From Dirinaria sp. TL-2023a (Eukaryota): a stretch of 59,671 nucleotides of DNA. The stretch lies in contig JAVEBF010000010.1 of NCBI GenBank assembly GCA_051941275.1, positions 1-59,671 of the forward strand. The letters run 5' to 3'. The translations under genes were made by a program, and so were the position numbers. Below, piece by piece: positions 52,601 through 59,671 of this stretch. Every line of letters begins with the position of its first letter. Within the stretch, counting starts at the first letter, position 1. The notes beneath the pieces are model-generated. The model worked only from the letters and a program-made list of their open reading frames with translations. It searched no databases and was not told the DNA's origin.

Positions 52601-52747
52601 GAAGAGAGTGACGATGGTGCAGTACTTCGAGCACAACAGGTACGGGAAGGGCGAAAACCTGTGGAAAAGGGCAAGTATCAACGGCTTAATAGATTTGGGT
52701 TATCGAACTATAATACGAACGAGGAAGATGGAGTGTCAACGGGATAA
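49620..52747 (+). CDS. DUF3723-like protein copy 2 with long repetitive coiled-coil C-terminus
   Basis: EEYANEGKPSDGEVYRKIR, MRWW, AFDAFL, intron 49881-49927, HYLQYTKQFW, GEIFGNF, VPSLFEFFEN, DLGYRQL, RCGMP; uninterrupted frame. Confidence 0.88.
51040..51960 (+). repeat. Coding tandem repeat, ~60-bp (~20-aa) units
   Basis: Recurrent QRQKLLSDASTLEKQEQEQE-type units (cgacaaaagctcttgtc repeated), about 15 degenerate copies. Confidence 0.85.
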
Positions 52748-53316
52748 CACTGAAGAGAGGGTGTCTACTATCATACCAAGGAAGAGGCAGCCAAGGCAGG
52801 GTCTGCAGGCACAGAAAAGGGCTGGAGCAATATCGGCCCAAAACACGGACGGTTCAACGGGGCTTACTTCTGAGTTTACTTATAAAGCCCCACAAGCGCC
52901 ATCTCGCACTACATAATTTGCAATCTCAAATGGGATGGGACATGTTGTGAATCTTCTTAATATCTATACCGCAAATACCTCGCGATCACGCCTTTGATGA
53001 CTGTCTATTCTCAGCTGTAAATGAGCAGACTGCAATACCCGATCAACTCTCCAGCTACTCCGAAAAAGCAAAGGGACATGCTCAACATATCCGGGTATAG
53101 CCAAAATCGTGCAATTTGTAGTAAACAAGGAGGCTTATTGTATTGATTTCAAATGTTATTCGCTTGAACTGAAATATATCGATTGCGAAAGACGACTATC
53201 TAGATGCAAGAGATGGCATGAACATACTAACTCTTTCTTCGGACGTTTCAACGCTGCTGCCCCGCAGCTCGCCGATTTTCTCCTTCCGCGTAGTTTCAAC
53301 CCTTTGATCCTTTTCG

Positions 53317-53813
53317 CTACTGCGGCTGCATATACACCATCGGTGGCTGCTGCTCCGGAGCAACGTGATTCCCGTCTTTCTCTTCCGCCTTCACCTCCTT
53401 ATCCTCCTGTACTAGGGCGCAGCAACCACAAAACCCGGAAATAAGGCAGTCGGTGCAGCCGTTACCCTTGATGCCATATTGGTGACGCAACTTGCTCCGG
53501 CTGATCATTTGGCTTATCCATTGAAATTGGCAAAGTGAGAGGGTGCACCAGCCCATACACTTAAAGCAGGAGTTAGAAGGGTATGATTCGTAAAGTGTAA
53601 GAAAATGAAACATACACTGCCGTTACAACACGAGGCTTCGGGGTCGCCATCCCTACGAGCCTGTGTTTTACCATAAAGAATACACGGGCACCAGGTAGCG
53701 AGGCAGCCTAATGTTTCCATGTTAGAGTACTATATTTTCGATAAAGTTAGGGTCTCACATATGCCGATAGGATCGAAGCAGCCAAATAGCTTAAAGTTCC
53801 ATGACCTCGACAT
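53317..53813 (-). CDS. PLAC8-family Cys-rich protein
   Basis: MSRSWNFKLFGCFD | CLATWCPCILYGKT | RSKLRHQYGIKGNGCTDCLISGFCGCCALVQEDKE; three exons. Confidence 0.9.
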
Positions 53814-53939
53814 TGCTAATACTTCGATAGATATTGCTTTAATATTCACGGAAAACAAAACACTTAAAATATTTAGAGATTCAAAAGCCAAATACAGTCA
53901 AACGAGAGAGCGGTCAGATATATAGATCCAGCATATGTC

Positions 53940-54075
53940 TCAATTTTCTAGCTTCCACTCTCCAGTTCTGGCTTCTCGCTCCAATTCTGGCTCCCGTGCT
54001 TCAGAAATGGCTCCTTTATTCGAGAACCGGCTCCATGGTGTTCAACAGGGCTCTCTGCTCCAAAACTTGATCCCT
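53940..54075. promoter_or_regulatory. Phased array of CArG-like dyads (~20-bp period) upstream of PLAC8
   Basis: CCAGTTCTGG 53962, CCAATTCTGG 53981, TCAGAAATGG 54001, CGAGAACCGG 54021, TTCAACAGGG 54041, each followed by CT(C/T)(C/T); TATATA at ~53919. Confidence 0.7.
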
Positions 54076-54317
54076 TGCTCTAAGCCCCACACTTGGTTAC
54101 GTACCGGTCATTGAGCCCCGGTGCACCCAGACCAAGTCTAATTGGAATCTCTGACATTCCGTGCAACTGGCTGGCTATAATATTGCGTACCAGAGATATA
54201 TGTAGAAGTCATGAGCCAACGACGACATCGAAGATAATACTTAGGTTAGCCAAATCTTTACTTTCACCTAGCGTCAACGATTTGGCTTCTAGTTCGTTAA
54301 GTCCTTTCAATTGTAGT

Positions 54318-55055
54318 TTAAGCCGTTCTGATAGCTTGTTGACTTAAATCATCGGCGTATGCTGGAGGAGGATCGTAGATCCTGTGCTCTATTGCAAGGC
54401 AGTAAGCCATGGCAATCCAGTGATAGCCGGTAGGTTTTAATTTTTTCAAAAATTTGAGGGCATTGAGCCGGTGGAATGGACTTTCGTGGTCGTAAGTCAC
54501 GAATGGAAGATCTAGCGGCATGACGTTTGCCAACCCGACAATCATTTTTATGATCTCGGAGCGACAGTGTTCGCGGCGCGATATCTTCTCTCGTAACGCA
54601 GCCAACCGAAGACAGCCCTCATTTGAAGCAGCATCCAGAGGGGAGGTTGCTCGACTAAGATAAAAGGTAATCTCTGACATAATTTCGGTCTGTCTCCCTA
54701 TGTACGCAGCGCGGCTGTCACGCATCCAGGCAAAATCTGATGTGGTGATGGAGTAAAGGACGAAGACCTCCAGAACGGTGCGAATATATGAAAACTCATC
54801 CTCGCTTTCGGCAACGCATATCTTCGTTGTAAGGAGCGTAATGGTGGAGGCGAAGGTCTCCCGACCGGAGATAGAAAGCTCTTGCAACATGCTTTGCAGT
54901 TAATTAACATTCTTGTCTTGCTGGTGCAGTAACATTGCAATCGATGGATCGGTCAATATGGAGCGCCATTTGTCCACGCTTTTGTCCTTACGCAGGAAAG
55001 AAGGCCAAATCTGTCGGAATGCAGACATGGTCCGAGCTGTCTTTTTTGACTTCAT
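54318..55055 (-). pseudogene. Hypothetical protein with an in-frame TAA
   Basis: MKSKKTARTM…QDKNVN*LQSMLQELS… continues into the 190-aa ORF; dyads TCATTTCTGG (55187) and TCATTTTTGG (55213) lie upstream. Confidence 0.4.
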
Positions 55056-56040
55056 TGTAAGAGTGCTCTTATACCTGAAGATTGGTCAGTATATAACTAA
55101 TTCTAGCACTATTCGTACAGTGATCTTTTGGTGATGTCTCTTTCATATATTGATCCCTATATAAGAACTCCAACTTTCTGAGAGGGTCATTTCTGGAGCA
55201 CTCGTGTAAAAGTCATTTTTGGAGCACTGTCGAGAGTCGTGCGTACGTCGTTGATCGAGGTTGCCTTGGCAGATGATTTGCTGAAAAAAGCCAGAACTGG
55301 ATGCTCGATGGTGTTGCTCTCGCTTTCATATTATGCCCTGATTTTCTCTCACTTCGTCTTTCTCAAGTCCTTAAGAATTGCAACAGATTTCCGCCTCCAC
55401 CTCTCCTGCCCCTCCTTTGTCAAATATATGCGTTAATTCCACAGAACGGGTTAAAATATACTATTGGGGTGACTCAGGACACACAATAAGACATGAACTG
55501 ATTCCATTGCTATAGACGTGTGCGTAAACAAGAATGATCTCTACCAATACAACCCCATACCTCAGCCGTCAAAAAATCCAAACCCCAACCCTCATGCCGA
55601 TACCGTGACAATCAAATGACCGATCAAAACCCCAGTCCAATCGAATGCTAATCTGACTTATGGAAGGATCTCTCTGAAGTATATGGAGGAGCTCTTTCGT
55701 TTATTTGGGCAGCCACATTGAAAATTGCTTCCTCACTTCCCCGAATAGGCAGATCCGTAGGAGCGACATCGAGTGGCGATGGTTGAGACGGCTTATCGGA
55801 AAGCATGTCGTAGTCGTCACAAAGGTGTGGGAATTTGCGGCGCAGCCATCTGCTCAACGGACTTTTGAAAGGCTGGGGAGGGCGTCGGTTGTAAGGCCTT
55901 GGTCGAAAAATAATAAGGCACATGTTTCTTGAGTCAGCTTCACTATTATCTCAATCAACAGCTGTGACACCATTGCTATTATGAGCGAGACTTGCTAAAA
56001 TATATACCGAATCTCCCAGTCCTCATGTACTAATCATGGG

Positions 56041-56135
56041 TGCCGCCATTTCTGGATGCCGCTAGTTGTGGATGCCTCAAGCTGTGGATGTTGCCAATTC
56101 TGGATGCCGCCAGTTGTGGATGCCGCCATCTGGTT
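56041..56135. promoter_or_regulatory. 16-bp tandem array of CArG-like dyads immediately upstream of the MADS-box gene
   Basis: CCATTTCTGG 56046, CTAGTTGTGG 56062, CAAGCTGTGG 56078, CCAATTCTGG 56094, CCAGTTGTGG 56110, each followed by ATG(C/T). Confidence 0.75.
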
Positions 56136-56267
56136 CACCTTTTAATAATGCAGCCAATTCCGAAGTGCTTGACAATAGTCCTTAACTATTGCATATCAAA
56201 CCATCCTAGAGACATTGCACGAGTTTATCGACTTCCTTACCAGAAAGAGCAACAGTATTCAACAAGC

Positions 56268-56786
56268 ATGGCGATAGTGAAGAGTGAACGGCTTCTTCGA
56301 GAAAAGCTTCGCAAGCGGAGGACAAATCTGTTCAAGAAAGCGAACGAGTTAGCGCGGATGACCAACTCGAAAATATACGTAGTCGTTCAGCATGACGACA
56401 AATATTATACATATAAATCAACGGAAGAATTGAACTGGCCACCTCCCGAAAGAGAAATTGTGAGTACGTCTGATCTATTACAGTCAGACCATTACTAAGG
56501 ATGACAGGGGATACACGACCACAAGTACCATAGACGTCCTGCAGATTTTCACGGTCTTAAACCACAGGAGACTCAGAGGATGCGAAAAGCCAGTCAGCAT
56601 GATAAAGGCCAAGTCGGCTTCAAGTTTCCGAAGGAGGCGGAACACAATGGAGATCGCGCCCTTGCTAGCAGACGTACCTTGACTGCAGCCCAGAATAAGT
56701 CCGTACTACGAGGAGGGTTGGAAGGTATGAAATTCCCAATGATAATGTGGCTGGGCTATATAATAGGCTTGCAACGGGGAGGTTGA
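56268..56786 (+). CDS. Small MADS-box (SRF-type domain) transcription factor
   Basis: REKLRKRRTNLFKKANELARMTNSKIYVVVQHDDKYYTY…WPP matches the MADS consensus KRxxxLFKKAxEL; intron 56460-56507 joins in frame to ORF 56580-56786. Confidence 0.88.
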
Positions 56787-56799
56787 AAGAAGTCTTGGT

Positions 56800-59671
56800 G
56801 TGGCGGTAGATATCTAGGAATTATACTAGAATTACCTTAAAACGTCGATTATAGAACCCTTAATCTCCCTAACTTTATAGTTAAGGCCGTCTTAAGAGGG
56901 ACTTATAAAGATATACTCCCTCGTTTCCCTAATAATATAATTACTTCTTACCTCTCCCCTTTAGTTTCTTAAATATAGGTTTAGAGGTTTAAGATAACGG
57001 TAGTTCCGGCTCTATCTCCTATAAGTACGAAGTGGTTAATTAGCTATCGTTCTATTCGAAGGACTCTAGGTTTAATTACTAGGAGAAGGACTCTATAGCG
57101 AAGTCTTCTAGGTCGGGTAGCTAGTTAGTAGTACTACAGATTCTTTCGAGGTAGATTAGAACGAAAGTGTCGTATATATTTCTCGTGAACTTATAGGCAG
57201 TCTACTTATCTTTACCGTCCTAATCGGTAATACTAAAGTCTCGAAGTAAATAGCGGTAGAAAGAGGTATCCTTCCTATTAATTAGAACGTAATGGCTATA
57301 GATCCTTATAGCCCGATAATTATACGAGACTAAGAAGGTAAGGATTTTCCGGTTAAGCTCTTCTTAACGAGACACTAGTCTATATAATTCGTCGATAGTA
57401 TTTACCGTAACGGCGGCGCTATAAGCGTTCTGCCGATCCGTAATATTAAGTGCTTCGTTACTATATTTTACTTCCGCCGTTAAGAATAAGAAAAATATCT
57501 CGTCCGTAGCTACTAAACGAGATATCGTCTGCTAATTACTAATAGAGGGTTATAATTTCTTAAGTTATTTAGTAGTGAATATAGATAATCTAAGTCCGAC
57601 GGTAAAATTAGGCTATAGGCGAGGACCTTTAACGAGAGGAATAGATTTAATCTAACCTTTATTAACGGTTTCGATTAGATATTCGAGGTTTATAGCTCCG
57701 CGAAGGTAGAGGATTTCGGCGGAAGGAACGAGGAGAGGTAAGAGATCACGGATAACCCTAGCTTCGTTTTTATTACGGATCCTTTAGTAAAACCTTTTGA
57801 ATAAGTTATCGTTGAAGAGAGAATTATAAGGCACTGCCTAGTCCGTATTAAGTAGGGTCTGGCATAGAGCCTTGCATTCTTTCGTAGCGGCTACCTTATC
57901 GTTATTATCTATATAAATGCTAGTAGCTATAAGTATTTACTCGTAGCGCCGGCTCTTAACGAGAGGGTTCTTTCCCTCTCTTAAAGAAACGCCAGTTATA
58001 TCCGATTTATGTTTACTAAGAGACGGAGTTAACCTCTTCCGGGTAAGTAAATAAGCTATATTATTATCTTAGTTAAAATTTCCTCTAGACTAGCTTCCTT
58101 CTTCGATCTAACGCTAGATAGGGTTAACTTCGCGGTTCTCGGTGTTACTATAAAGGCCTATACGTATTACAAGAGCACGTTTTATAGGTAAGGTTCGTTA
58201 ACGTTTTCGAGTATAGCTTTCCCGGCGTTAGGAAGGTATATAGGTAGCTCCTTTAGCCTTAGGTATATAATTCTATCTAAGCTCTTCACTTCGTTTCCGC
58301 TTTCGATCTAGATTAGAAGTGTTGGCTGATTTCTATAAATACTTTAGCCTAAGTTAGCGGTCGTAGTTATACGCCTAGGTAATATAGAATATACCTCTCT
58401 ATTAGTAGTAATACTAGTTAGAGAAGGAAGTTAAAATTATTACTCTTAAATCTCCGGTTATTAATAAAGACCTTTTTTCTTTTATAGACGTGTACTCTTA
58501 CGAATAGGCGTAGCCGATATTTTTCGTTTTAATAGGTCTAGTAAGAGTTACCGCCCGTATCTCTTACTACCTAACTTTACTCGTGATAGGGATATAATAA
58601 TCGGGAATAAGAGGATAGGAGGTATTCGTCTTTATTATCGCTTAGTATACTAAGGATAGTATTACGAATAATACCGATAGAAGGTATAGTAGTTAGTAGG
58701 TAACGAAGCCTTAGTAGCGGTATAATTTTAGCGCTCCGACGGTAACCTAATTAGTCTATAAGTTATCGGATTATTCGGCCCGTCCGCCTAAAATATATCG
58801 TTCTATATAGCTAAATATAGTGTTCACAGATTTAATATAGCTATTTACAGCCACTGCGACAGCCGCTAATAGCGGGCCGGGATTTCCGCTACGCTATAAG
58901 ATACCATCTTATATATAATTTACTAACTTCGATATAGTAGCCTACGCTATTAGCTAATATAAGCTAAATATAGAAGGCTAGTACGGGAATAATTGTTGCT
59001 CTAGTAATTTATGTATAAGAACACTACTAAATACCTACTTTTTATTACCTTAACGCATTCTAATCTTAGTTATAGGTATCCCTCTACAATATCTACCTAC
59101 TATGAAAAATCCCATTTTATAAACCTATCTATAGTACCTTTCCCGGATAAAATATGGCCAGTAACCGAATTATTAATAAAGTGGTTCTAGCTACGATTTA
59201 AAAGGCTTCTTAGCGATTTATACTTAAAGTAGCGATAGAGATATAAACGTTTTAACGAACCGAGGAGTATATTAATACCGCTAAAGCTAGAATAATCGGT
59301 ATTATCTAGAGCAGTAATAAGATATTACCTATAAATACGGCGAAAGCGGTTATACGGTAAGTACTTAGCTAAGATACCGGATATAGATATAGCTTTAAAC
59401 TTAGACGAAGCGAATTTAAATATAGAGCCGATAACTATATCGACGTGGTCTGCCTTAATAAGGATAGTAAATATATTAAGACCGAGCATATTATACTAAA
59501 GAAATAAGACTCGACGAGTTAACTATTATAGGCGGGCATAAATCGTAGGTATATTAGGGCTACCTTAATCTTAATTTGTAAATTAGGTTAGACGAAGAGC
59601 AAGCTTTAACTCTAGAGCTAGACGGGAGGTATTTAGATATAATTAGAAAAGTGTTAGACATCGATATAGGT
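56800..59671. other. Heavily RIP-mutated (CpA->TpA) AT-rich block
   Basis: Abrupt excess of TpA, near absence of CpA/TpG, CpG and CC/GG retained, no ORF of 60 aa or more. Confidence 0.92.
56850..58420 (-). pseudogene. RIP-destroyed DUF7924-like gene (coordinates approximate)
   Basis: Minus-strand relics PRL*PNFTVGL (PQPD motif), FLTAEVKYSNEALNITDRQNAYS, DGKDK*TAYKFTRNIYD (Trp->TAG at 57202-57204). Confidence 0.7.

Larger units (their letters stand above)
1..56800. mobile_element. Probable interior (auxiliary genes plus cargo) of Starship-like giant transposable element(s); boundaries and captain not seen
   Basis: DUF3723-like genes (x2), ferric reductase, patatin-like phospholipase, kinase-like, coiled-coil and ankyrin genes co-occur. 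DUF3723, FRE and PLP are established Starship auxiliary genes. No DUF3435 tyrosine recombinase recognised, so the extent is inferred. Confidence 0.65.

Noticed and set aside
50835..52681. Hydrophobic minus-strand ORFs
   Set aside because: Antisense shadows of the Gln/Glu-rich coiled-coil repeat.
1..59671. Starship captain (DUF3435 tyrosine recombinase) and element termini
   Set aside because: No recognisable captain motifs, direct-repeat target site or terminal inverted repeats could be identified by eye in this window.

Overview
Eukaryotic (filamentous ascomycete-type) DNA with short GT-AG introns; no rRNA, tRNA or CRISPR was seen. The gene content looks like the interior of a Starship-type giant mobile element, or two nested or adjacent ones. 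It carries two DUF3723-like genes, a ferric reductase, a patatin-like phospholipase, a degenerate kinase, coiled-coil, ankyrin and TPR-like genes, plus cargo (2OG-Fe(II) oxygenase, FKBP, bZIP, thaumatin, OSCA/CSC1 channel, PLAC8, a sirtuin-Ulp1 fusion and a MADS-box gene). No tyrosine-recombinase captain or element terminus is visible. The window has three mutational zones. (1) About 1-37 kb: almost every gene is broken by an unusual CpC->TpC (GG->GA) transition pattern, with Trp TGG->TGA, Gly->Asp and G|GT splice donors turned into G|AT. (2) About 37.9-56.8 kb: largely intact genes. (3) 56.8-59.7 kb: classical CpA->TpA RIP. The most striking unexplained structure is about ten intergenic clusters of phased (16-20 bp period) CC-N6-GG CArG-like dyads. 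Most lie just upstream of genes, and one array sits directly upstream of the MADS-box gene, suggesting a self-contained regulon carried by the element. All family assignments are from motif recognition by eye, not database searches.
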